Shown one piece after another: positions 1 through 7,026 of a stretch of DNA of 64,000 nt; positions within the stretch are counted from its first letter, which is position 1; each line of letters starts with the position of its first letter. Location: the IMG/VR virus record IMGVR_UViG_3300007775_000001, positions 32,001-96,000 of that record; one strand, written 5' to 3'. The notes beneath the pieces are model-generated. The model saw only the letters and a list, made by a program, of their open reading frames with translations, was not told the DNA's origin and made no database searches. The position numbers were made by a program, and so were the translations under genes. The DNA is from a virus.

Positions 1-162
1 GAGCAGGAGGTGAAAGATGCGGTTGCGACTTTCTTGAAGAGAGGTGGTCAGATCAAGAAGGAAGAGCTTGACAAGTCGGTGAGTGGTAGGCTAAGAAAAA
101 GCAAGTCTATCGATGATCTTCGCAAGAAGTTGAACTCGACTGGATGGGAACCGCTGATGTAA
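1..162 (+). CDS. 3' part of small protein with SutA-like RNAP-binding motif (partial)
   Basis: Frame +1 open to TAA at 160-162; KDAVATFLKRGGQIKKE resembles the SutA FLxRGGxV motif. Confidence 0.5.
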   Translation, partial: EQEVKDAVATFLKRGGQIKKEELDKSVSGRLRKSKSIDDLRKKLNSTGWEPLM

Positions 163-163
163 T

Positions 164-237
164 GTCTCCGTAGCTCAACTGGATAGAGCATGGGATTTCT
201 AATCCCACGGTCGAGGGTTCGAGTCCTTCCGGAGACG
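164..237 (+). tRNA. tRNA-Arg(TCT)
   Basis: Acceptor GTCTCCG/CGGAGAC; anticodon arm TGGGA-TTTCTAA-TCCCA; TTCGAGT T-loop. Confidence 0.93.
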
Positions 238-238
238 C

Positions 239-267
239 TTGACATGCCAAGGATGATGTAGTAGAGT
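239..267 (+). promoter_or_regulatory. sigma70-type promoter
   Basis: TTGACA-17bp-TAGAGT upstream of a noncoding structured region. Confidence 0.6.
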
Positions 268-354
268 GACGTTACCCTTGAGAGTTACGGAGCCTAGCTA
301 TTTGCCCGTACCTGCTTGTGGTGCGGGTACGGGATTTGATAGCAGCGGGCCGGT

Positions 355-426
355 AGAACAGTAGCTCAATGGTAGAGCGTCCCCCTTGAACGGGGAAGGT
401 AGCTGGTTCGACTCCAGCCTGTCATG
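355..426 (+). tRNA. atypical/degenerate tRNA-like gene, anticodon TGA, short variable loop
   Basis: Good D, anticodon (TCCCC-CTTGAAC-GGGGA) and T arms; acceptor AGAACAG/CTGTCAT has two mismatches. Confidence 0.6.
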
Positions 427-470
427 TGTCGCGAGACATAGCGGCCTGTTATGTGTCGCGAGACATAGCG
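417..470 (+). repeat. 27-bp tandem duplication overlapping the tRNA-like 3' end
   Basis: GCCTGT(C/T)ATGTGTCGCGAGACATAGCG x2, one mismatch. Confidence 0.9.
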
Positions 471-517
471 CCGGAACAACCCCTTTAGCTTTCAAGAGCA
501 TTGTTGTTTTCAGACGG

Positions 518-595
518 GTGAGTCGTAAAGCTGGCTGTCGAGGGTCGGAGTGGTAGCGCGACAGACATGTGGTGATTCCACCGACCACGGCTCAC
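518..595 (+). ncRNA. candidate pseudoknotted structured RNA
   Basis: Closing helix GTGAGTCGT/ACGGCTCAC; crossing helices CTGTCG/CGACAG and GGTCGG/CCGACC. Confidence 0.45.
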
Positions 596-617
596 AGATG
601 TAGAGTAGAAAGGATAT

Positions 618-682
618 GCCGGTGCTCTAAGTCTACCTCTCGTACAGGTGGAAACGGGAGCGAGAGTTCCCCACCGGCTCCA
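618..682 (+). ncRNA. D-armless tRNA-like element ending in CCA (anticodon-like CGT)
   Basis: GCCGGTG/CACCGGC+T+CCA; arm TACCT-CTCGTAC-AGGTG; non-canonical T-like arm. Confidence 0.5.
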
Positions 683-741
683 ATATCTGACGATGCTCTC
701 CTGGCGGCAATGAAGCTGCACACGAGAACAGGAGAGGCAAC

Positions 742-1014
742 ATGAAAAGACAGTATACGGTGGGGCAGCACGTCATCTTCATTGACGAGCATTTTCAGAG
801 GCACGATGCGCTGATCCAACACTGGTGGCCTGCGGAGAACGTTCCTCAGTACGTCAACGAAAAGGGTGAGCCGGGTTGCAATCTGGTGTTTGTCAGTGCA
901 GACCCCAAACGGGATGACTCGTATGGACGGCAGACAGAGCATGCAACATCCGTCGTTCACAAGTCGATGAACCCCGCACGAGGGTATTGTTGGTGCTGGC
1001 CTGACGAGGTGTAG
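742..1014 (+). CDS. hypothetical phage protein
   Basis: GGAGAGG RBS, 90-aa ORF. Confidence 0.75.
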   Translation: MKRQYTVGQHVIFIDEHFQRHDALIQHWWPAENVPQYVNEKGEPGCNLVFVSADPKRDDSYGRQTEHATSVVHKSMNPARGYCWCWPDEV

Positions 1015-1083
1015 TCGATCCTGTGAAACGGACGGGAACCGAGCAGGAACCTGGGGTTTCATCGTCGCCAAGAGAGCATCGTT

Positions 1084-1110
1084 CAGAGCCCGAAGGGGCT
1101 CTGTTTTTTT
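1084..1110 (+). terminator. intrinsic terminator
   Basis: CAGAGCCC-GAAG-GGGCTCTG followed by T7. Confidence 0.85.
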
Positions 1111-1148
1111 GACCTGGGACGAGAAGATTGTCCAAAAAGGAGAAGAGC

Positions 1149-1670
1149 ATGGAATACTTCCAACCCGCCGTGCTCACAAATATTCCGAGTGCTCAAACTT
1201 TGGCTGAGCAACACAGTATCTCCGTCAAAGAGGCTCAGAAACTCATCGACGAGATGATGAAGGAACAGGTCTTCATCAATGATCAGTATCAGGTCAACGT
1301 CAGTAAAGAGGGGTCGAGCATGCCGGGATGGCCCGACTTGCTTCACCTCTCTATCAAGCGACGTGACAAGAAGTCCATCCGTGATTGGAGAACACTTCAG
1401 GAGATCAAGAACCTGATCGTTGGGCCGGAAGCTGAAGCAGTCGAGTTGTTCCCCGCCGAATCCCGGTTGGTAGACACTGCCAACCAATACCATCTGTATG
1501 CTCTATTCGATCCTGAGTCTGGGAAGCCGATCAGGTTCCCTTTTGGGTTCACGTCCAGGATGATGATGGATGGGGATGGGGAATTTCGGGCGGATGGGTC
1601 AAGACAACGCCCCTTTTCAAAGAGGGAGCAGAAACCCTTCAAACGCCAATCTGGAAGGAGAAAGCGATGA
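1149..1670 (+). CDS. conserved phage protein (DUF7694-like)
   Basis: HLSIKRRD..WRTLQEIKN..EAVELFPAESRLVDTANQYHL motif. Confidence 0.6.
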   Translation: MEYFQPAVLTNIPSAQTLAEQHSISVKEAQKLIDEMMKEQVFINDQYQVNVSKEGSSMPGWPDLLHLSIKRRDKKSIRDWRTLQEIKNLIVGPEAEAVELFPAESRLVDTANQYHLYALFDPESGKPIRFPFGFTSRMMMDGDGEFRADGSRQRPFSKREQKPFKRQSGRRKR

Positions 1671-1975
1671 AGATGTACCGTGGGAAGCGTGATGCCCAAG
1701 GCGAGCCTACAGTGACCGTTTTGGACGGCACGGATGAGAAGCCCCTTGACCCTCGGCACGATGTCCGGGATCACAGTCCCTTGGGGTTCGAGTGGGGGTA
1801 CTATGGGTCTGGCCCCTGTCAACTTGGACTGGCGATCCTATGTGACTGTGTGGAAGTCGAGAAAGCCGCCATGCACTACCAAGGGTTCACTCGCAATATC
1901 ATCGCCAATCTGAATGCTCAGAATGGATGGGAACTGAGCGAAGACGATGTCAAGCGTATGGTGCCTTTCCCTTGA
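1667..1975 (+). CDS. DUF6166-like protein
   Basis: HSPLGFEWGYYGSGPCQLGLAIL motif. Confidence 0.7.
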   Translation: MKMYRGKRDAQGEPTVTVLDGTDEKPLDPRHDVRDHSPLGFEWGYYGSGPCQLGLAILCDCVEVEKAAMHYQGFTRNIIANLNAQNGWELSEDDVKRMVPFP

Positions 1976-2000
1976 CATTCTGTAGTACCTGTAGTACACT
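1972..2000 (+). promoter_or_regulatory. conserved phage early promoter
   Basis: TTGACA-17-TACACT with TGTAG repeats in the spacer; member of a repeated family. Confidence 0.8.
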
Positions 2001-2033
2001 GGATTCAAAGATTCAAAGAGAGAGAGAAAGCAC

Positions 2034-2603
2034 ATGGAAGTCAAGAGCTTTGTGAACAAGATGACTCAGGCAGTCACATTCGCTGAGATCATGCACGGTG
2101 ATCAGAAGTGGGGGGTTTATCCCTACATGGTTCACTTGCGGGATGTCTGGCGGATTATCGTGGAGAGTGGGTTCAGCGATCCGACCAAGGAAACGCACCA
2201 AACTCTTCAGATTGCGGCATACCTGCATGATGTGGTGGAAGACACGGATGCCACGAGTCTCATGGTTGGTCAGGATTTTGGCGGGAAGGTTGGCGATCTG
2301 GTGTGGGCTGTGACCGGAACAGGCAAGAACCGGAAGGCTCGTCAGCAAATGATCTACGAGTGCATCCATCAGGTTCCGGATTTCCAAGCAGTGATCCTGA
2401 AGGTGGCGGATCGTATCTCCAACGTCGAGGGTTCGCTTCGCGATCCTGGCTGCAATACAGACTATCTGGAGGTTTACCGTGGGGAGTGGGAGAAGTTCAG
2501 CACCATGCTCCATCGGGGCAAGGAGGGTGACACGCGGCTCAGTGCAATGTGGACACGGCTTGATCGTGCTCTTCATTTTCACAAGGGGGTATTCGAGAAA
2601 TGA
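2034..2603 (+). CDS. HD-domain (p)ppGpp hydrolase (small alarmone hydrolase, Mesh1/SpoT-HD-like)
   Basis: H-G-D-Q..PYMVH, AAYLHDVVEDT, LKVADRISN motifs. Confidence 0.85.
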   Translation: MEVKSFVNKMTQAVTFAEIMHGDQKWGVYPYMVHLRDVWRIIVESGFSDPTKETHQTLQIAAYLHDVVEDTDATSLMVGQDFGGKVGDLVWAVTGTGKNRKARQQMIYECIHQVPDFQAVILKVADRISNVEGSLRDPGCNTDYLEVYRGEWEKFSTMLHRGKEGDTRLSAMWTRLDRALHFHKGVFEK

Positions 2604-3286
2604 TTCTATACCACGGAACCGGTGAGCACAATCTTGCGTCGATCCTGAAGGATGGGCTTCTTCCGCGCAACATGCGCAAGATCAAGAAGGGCAACTGGAA
2701 GAGTATGCCGTCGAATCCAAACGCGACGTACTTGACCAGTGTGTATGCTCCATACTTCGCCTTTGGCTCAACTACCAAGAAGGGTGAGCGATGGGTGATT
2801 TTGGAGATCGACACGGATAAGTTGGATCAGAACAACCTCTGTCCGGATGAAGATTTCCTGGAGCAAGCAACACGGGGAACAGCCCAGGTGCCGGAAGCTG
2901 GTGTGGGCATGAAGGCTCGAACGATGTGGTTCAGGAACCATATCCGGGAGTTCTTCCATCTGTTCCACAAGTCGATTCGACACATGGGGACGTGCTGTTA
3001 CTACGGTAAGATTCCCCTCGAAGCGGTCAACAAGATCGTGCTGTTCGATCCGAAAGTCTGTGCCAGTATGACTCTGATATGTCTTGATCCGTTGATCAGC
3101 ATCGTGAACTTTCGCTTCATGGAAGCGAAGTATAAGGCTGTGACGGACTGGATGATGGGTCGAGATATCAGTGACCAATACGGTCACTTCATCAACATCA
3201 TGGCGTCGGAAGAAGAGCAGAAGGAAGGTATCGATTATCTTGTTGTTGCTCAGAAGAAGGCGTTGGAGGTGGTGTTGGAACGGTAG
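2600..3286 (+). CDS. ADP-ribosyltransferase-fold protein
   Basis: N-terminal LYHGT..SILKDGLLP and YLT strand typical of the ART fold. Confidence 0.55.
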   Translation: MILYHGTGEHNLASILKDGLLPRNMRKIKKGNWKSMPSNPNATYLTSVYAPYFAFGSTTKKGERWVILEIDTDKLDQNNLCPDEDFLEQATRGTAQVPEAGVGMKARTMWFRNHIREFFHLFHKSIRHMGTCCYYGKIPLEAVNKIVLFDPKVCASMTLICLDPLISIVNFRFMEAKYKAVTDWMMGRDISDQYGHFINIMASEEEQKEGIDYLVVAQKKALEVVLER

Positions 3287-3330
3287 GTTGAACCCAAAAC
3301 GGTAGGTTGAACCCAAAACGAGAGGTTGAA
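3281..3330 (+). repeat. 19-bp intergenic tandem repeat (~2.6 copies)
   Basis: CGGTAGGTTGAACCCAAAA x2 plus partial CGAGAGGTTGAA. Confidence 0.9.
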
Positions 3331-4011
3331 ATGGTGACCCCGAAACCGAAGTCGTATCGCATTCTGAAGATGGATCGTGAGTTCATCGCGAAAGTGGTTG
3401 TGGAAGCGATGTTGAACGAGGAGTACGAAGCCCTGAAGGAAGAGCTTCGCAAGCTGGTCGAGAAGTTGTACGCGGTTTGCTATAAGCCGTTTTTGGCTAC
3501 CATGGACAAGCTCCCCAAGGGGGCATTCTCCATGGACAGTGGTTTTACTGTGACCGTGGGGGGTGACAAGAAATTGCAGCATGTGTGTCTCCCTTATAAC
3601 TTCGACACCTACGTGCGCCCAAGGGATTTCCGGGTGTTCCAGTGTGCTGTGCCTCTGCCAAAGAGCTACGCGGCACAGGTCGCCAGGGCCAAGGAGTTGT
3701 GGGACAAGATTTACGCGCAGGGGAAGAAACGTCGCCAGAAGGAACGCGAGATCATGTCCCTGCTTGAAGCCAACAGGGTCACGAGCACCAATCGTCTTGA
3801 AGAGACGTGGCCGGAAGTGGTGCCGTTGTTCAAAAAGACGCACATCTATGGGAACATGTTGCCGAAGGTCAAGGATGAATCGCGTCTGAGCGTCACCGAA
3901 CAAAGGCAGCGTGACGAGCAAGCTCGGCTGACATCGTTGCAGAAGGTAAAGCAGGAGGCAACGGAGATAGTCAAGAAACATCTCCAGAAGGCGGGTTCCA
4001 AGAAGAGCTAG
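3331..4011 (+). CDS. Nmad5-like helical protein
   Basis: Helical ORF with TSTNRLEETWPE, resembling the Nmad5 C-terminal motif. Confidence 0.4.
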   Translation: MVTPKPKSYRILKMDREFIAKVVVEAMLNEEYEALKEELRKLVEKLYAVCYKPFLATMDKLPKGAFSMDSGFTVTVGGDKKLQHVCLPYNFDTYVRPRDFRVFQCAVPLPKSYAAQVARAKELWDKIYAQGKKRRQKEREIMSLLEANRVTSTNRLEETWPEVVPLFKKTHIYGNMLPKVKDESRLSVTEQRQRDEQARLTSLQKVKQEATEIVKKHLQKAGSKKS

Positions 4012-4014
4012 ATC

Positions 4015-4482
4015 ATGGCTGCGAAGTTGGTTGAGGAGATAGTCGTTGAAACTGTTGGTAGTCGTGTGAAGGAGCTTCGCGACTATCTCCAACACCGTGT
4101 CTCGTGTCCGTTGGCATATTCAGAAGACGGTGAGTGTACCTGTAGTCTGGATAAGCTAATGTACCTGGGAGAAGACAGTGAGCTTGTCAACACCATCATC
4201 GCTGAGGTGGACAAAGTAGTTGATGAGCGTGTAGAAGATGCCATAGGCGAAGAGGAGAAGGAGTCGAACAATCTGGCGTATCAATTGGACAGCATCAGTT
4301 TCAGGGTCAATGATATTGACAAGGCCATGCGTGTTGAGCTTCCTGAATTGATCTGGCGTGCTAAGTACGACAAAGAGATGACCATGGATCGATTCATTCA
4401 GGAGATCGGTTATATACACGAGGAGATCATGGTCTGTCTTGGAGACGCTTACCCTGAGATGTCGAAGAAAGACGAGTCATGA
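4015..4482 (+). CDS. hypothetical Zn-binding protein, paralog A
   Basis: YLQHRVSC..GECTCSLD. Confidence 0.7.
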   Translation: MAAKLVEEIVVETVGSRVKELRDYLQHRVSCPLAYSEDGECTCSLDKLMYLGEDSELVNTIIAEVDKVVDERVEDAIGEEEKESNNLAYQLDSISFRVNDIDKAMRVELPELIWRAKYDKEMTMDRFIQEIGYIHEEIMVCLGDAYPEMSKKDES

Positions 4483-4901
4483 CAGATCGATCATTCAATT
4501 TTGCTGTCAAGCAGAGCACCAATCTGCTTTCCAAGGCATTTGAGGGATACCTTCAACATCGGGTTGAGTGCGCAAAGGCATACGACGATGGTGCCGAATG
4601 TTCCTGTGGTCTTGATGCACTCAAGACGGCTGGTGAGAAGGGTGGATATCTCAGAGAGATTGATCATATTTTCGAGGAGACTCTGAGCGGTTTGCAAGAT
4701 GAGGCTCAGTACGAACACAAGAAGATCATCAAGAACTACGATGAATTCCAGGCAACGGTGATCGATCTGGACATTGTCGCCAACGATATCCTGGACAGCG
4801 TGAGAATCATCGAGCAGAGCTATAGCAGTGCGGCCTTGGATGACATCCGGGCATGTGCTCATCAGGTCAGGAAGATTTTTAACCATGTGAGCAAGCTGTG
4901 A
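4479..4901 (+). CDS. hypothetical Zn-binding protein, paralog B
   Basis: YLQHRVEC..GAECSCGLD; ATGA coupling. Confidence 0.7.
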   Translation: MTDRSFNFAVKQSTNLLSKAFEGYLQHRVECAKAYDDGAECSCGLDALKTAGEKGGYLREIDHIFEETLSGLQDEAQYEHKKIIKNYDEFQATVIDLDIVANDILDSVRIIEQSYSSAALDDIRACAHQVRKIFNHVSKL

Positions 4902-5320
4902 TTCCGTCGAAGACACGCGAAGAGATTAACGAGATCGTAATGGGGATCGTGGAGAATCGTATCTTCACGCACCTTCATATCCATGATCAGCAACGCGATC
5001 TAACCACGGTGTTCATGGTGTTGCTACTCATGGAGTCAAAGGATATCGAGTGGTTGAAGAAAGCTCGTGTCGGGTTGATCTACGAGTATATGGACAAAGC
5101 TGCACCTCGTTCGATCAACGGATATCCATGCTTCTTTAGTTGTCAGTACACCAACGAGGAAGATATGGAGATCATTAAGAGGAAGGTGTTGTCTGTTCGG
5201 AAGAGCATGAAGGAGGCTCTTCGCGGAAACGTACAGGAAGCTTTGAACTTCGGCACAAGGGAAGGTGTGCATGGCACTCTTCAAGAGGCAATCGGGGGCG
5301 ACGAGGGAGAGCAGGCATAG
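4898..5320 (+). CDS. hypothetical phage protein
   Basis: GTGA coupling; YEYMDKAAPRSINGYPCFFSC. Confidence 0.7.
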   Translation: MIPSKTREEINEIVMGIVENRIFTHLHIHDQQRDLTTVFMVLLLMESKDIEWLKKARVGLIYEYMDKAAPRSINGYPCFFSCQYTNEEDMEIIKRKVLSVRKSMKEALRGNVQEALNFGTREGVHGTLQEAIGGDEGEQA

Positions 5321-5582
5321 GAAGTTCGGCAAGCCACGGTTCAAGAGAAAGTCTGATGCGATCAGGGTTGCTCAGCATCGGAACTTTGGCAAGCCAAGGC
5401 CACGTTCGAGAGTCCCGATCACGAGCGATCTGATCAGGGACGAGGTTGCTCTGTTCTTGTCGAGGGGTAGAATTATCAGACAACTGCCTGAACAGGCGGT
5501 TGTGCGACGTGATATTCTTGCTCCCAGAGCCAAGGGTTACGATTCGATCCTGGCCTATGGATTCAGCATTGTGGAAGACTGA
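5271..5582 (+). CDS. basic protein with SutA-like motif
   Basis: RDEVALFLSRGRIIRQLP. Confidence 0.45.
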   Translation: MALFKRQSGATRESRHRKFGKPRFKRKSDAIRVAQHRNFGKPRPRSRVPITSDLIRDEVALFLSRGRIIRQLPEQAVVRRDILAPRAKGYDSILAYGFSIVED

Positions 5583-5584
5583 AA

Positions 5585-5848
5585 ATGGCAAGAAACTTCA
5601 GGTGGAAGGATTCTGGTGTTGATCTGTCGAGGAGAAAGTTTCTCAATGATCTTGATGCTGAATCGAAGGGAAGGCACGATTTTGGAGAGTTTAGAACCAA
5701 GAGTGGCGAATATAAACAACTCCCGTCAGACGGTGATGGGTTTGTGGACTGTCCACCAAAGATGGTAAGGTATGTTTCACCGATCAAACAGAGAGGGAAG
5801 GATGCTGCAAGCGATATCGACATCCTTGCGGAACTGAAAGATATTTGA
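5585..5848 (+). CDS. hypothetical protein with C-terminal DILAELKDI motif
   Basis: 87-aa ORF in operon. Confidence 0.7.
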   Translation: MARNFRWKDSGVDLSRRKFLNDLDAESKGRHDFGEFRTKSGEYKQLPSDGDGFVDCPPKMVRYVSPIKQRGKDAASDIDILAELKDI

Positions 5849-5923
5849 CATCTTTCTCTTTCTTCTTGACCTTGGCTAAGCTTTTGCTATGATAGTACAG
5901 GCTTATTCAAGCGGTGGATCATC

Positions 5924-6148
5924 ATGGAAAGAGGTTCTGTGGATCAAGCCAACGGAAACGGTGGCGGCGACCGAAACTGGTATTCGGTCAGGGAGACCGC
6001 CGAAATTCTGAGGGTGTCGGATAAGACGGTGTACAGGTGGCTATCTGACAATCGCATCCCCGCAAGTGAATGGTTTCCTGTGGGTGGGGCAAAGCGCATC
6101 TTCAAGAGGTTTGTGGATGATGTCGCCCAGGGTCGGAGGTCAATCTAA
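5924..6148 (+). CDS. excisionase/MerR-like HTH DNA-binding protein
   Basis: YSVRETAEILRVSDKTVYRWL. Confidence 0.85.
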   Translation: MERGSVDQANGNGGGDRNWYSVRETAEILRVSDKTVYRWLSDNRIPASEWFPVGGAKRIFKRFVDDVAQGRRSI

Positions 6149-6750
6149 TGTACATCGCGGTTTGTGGTGCTCCAGGGACATGCAAGAGCAAGGTGCGTGA
6201 ATTCCTTGGAACCAAGGGAATTGATGACCTGACTATGGCTGTTCAGAATCCGACTCTCGATCAGTGCATATCGATCACTCTGGATGCCTTCATCGCTCAG
6301 ACATCAGCCGAAGACAGGTTGGATCAAGGGGATTGTGATGTCGTGCTTTCGAGCACGGTATGGGAGACCTACGAGGTGTATGTCAACCTCGCTGTCCAGA
6401 AGGGTTTTCTGTCTGCTCGTGATGTCCTGGCACTTCAGCGGATGTACGACAGGTACTTCAGGACGGGGTTGCGTTCTCCTGATTTCGCAATCTGTTTACG
6501 GTCGGATTACTTCACGTCGGCTCATCATATGGGTATGTATGGGGGTCTGATTCCGCATCATGAATGGGACGAGATTCGGGATCGGTACGATGCCTTCTTT
6601 GATAGGATTGGTGTGACCAAGCTGGTATTTGATATTGGCCCCGACATCGCACCGATTCTTGAAGAGATTGATATTCTCGTTCAGTCCACGAGACTTCAGC
6701 TTCGGCAAGAGACAAATACAATCTGGGGAGATAGGACATTCATCCTATGA
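6148..6750 (+). CDS. deoxynucleoside/nucleotide kinase-like P-loop protein
   Basis: IAVCGAPGTCKS Walker A; PDFAICL; located next to polymerase. Confidence 0.6.
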   Translation: MYIAVCGAPGTCKSKVREFLGTKGIDDLTMAVQNPTLDQCISITLDAFIAQTSAEDRLDQGDCDVVLSSTVWETYEVYVNLAVQKGFLSARDVLALQRMYDRYFRTGLRSPDFAICLRSDYFTSAHHMGMYGGLIPHHEWDEIRDRYDAFFDRIGVTKLVFDIGPDIAPILEEIDILVQSTRLQLRQETNTIWGDRTFIL

Positions 6751-7025
6751 GCGATCATCCTGGCTTCAGTTGGAACAGTAGGGGTATCGAGGTTGGACGC
6801 AAGCTTCCGCAAGGTGGAGTTCAGAGAGTCCGTGCGACTCCGAAAGAGATAGTCCAGCAACCATCTGGCTATGAGCTTGAGAGCGTTGTCTACGCTCTGT
6901 GTCTGTGCGTGGGGGAAATGATCGACATGCACGAGGCTCAGGCACAGGTTCTCCAGAACATGCAGTCCATACGCCAGATTGGGGGCAAGGAGCCCATCGA
7001 AAAGCCTTCAGAGGAGGAAGGATAG
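6747..7025 (+). CDS. hypothetical protein
   Basis: Coupled ORF between kinase and dnaE. Confidence 0.6.
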   Translation: MSDHPGFSWNSRGIEVGRKLPQGGVQRVRATPKEIVQQPSGYELESVVYALCLCVGEMIDMHEAQAQVLQNMQSIRQIGGKEPIEKPSEEEG

Positions 7026-7026
7026 C

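Noticed and set aside
164-237. Amber-suppressor (CTA) reading of the first tRNA and possible TAG recoding
   Set aside because: The stem register TGGGA/TCCCA gives loop TTTCTAA with anticodon TCT. Core genes are intact and several end in TAG, so there is no sign of recoding.
346-682. tmRNA interpretation (CGGGCCG...CGGCTCCA with G3:U70)
   Set aside because: 1:72 mismatch, no canonical T-arm or convincing tag ORF, and the 3' end pairs better locally with GCCGGTG at 618.
5924-6148. Prophage excision/integration module
   Set aside because: Only an excisionase-like HTH is present; no integrase or att site is visible in the window.
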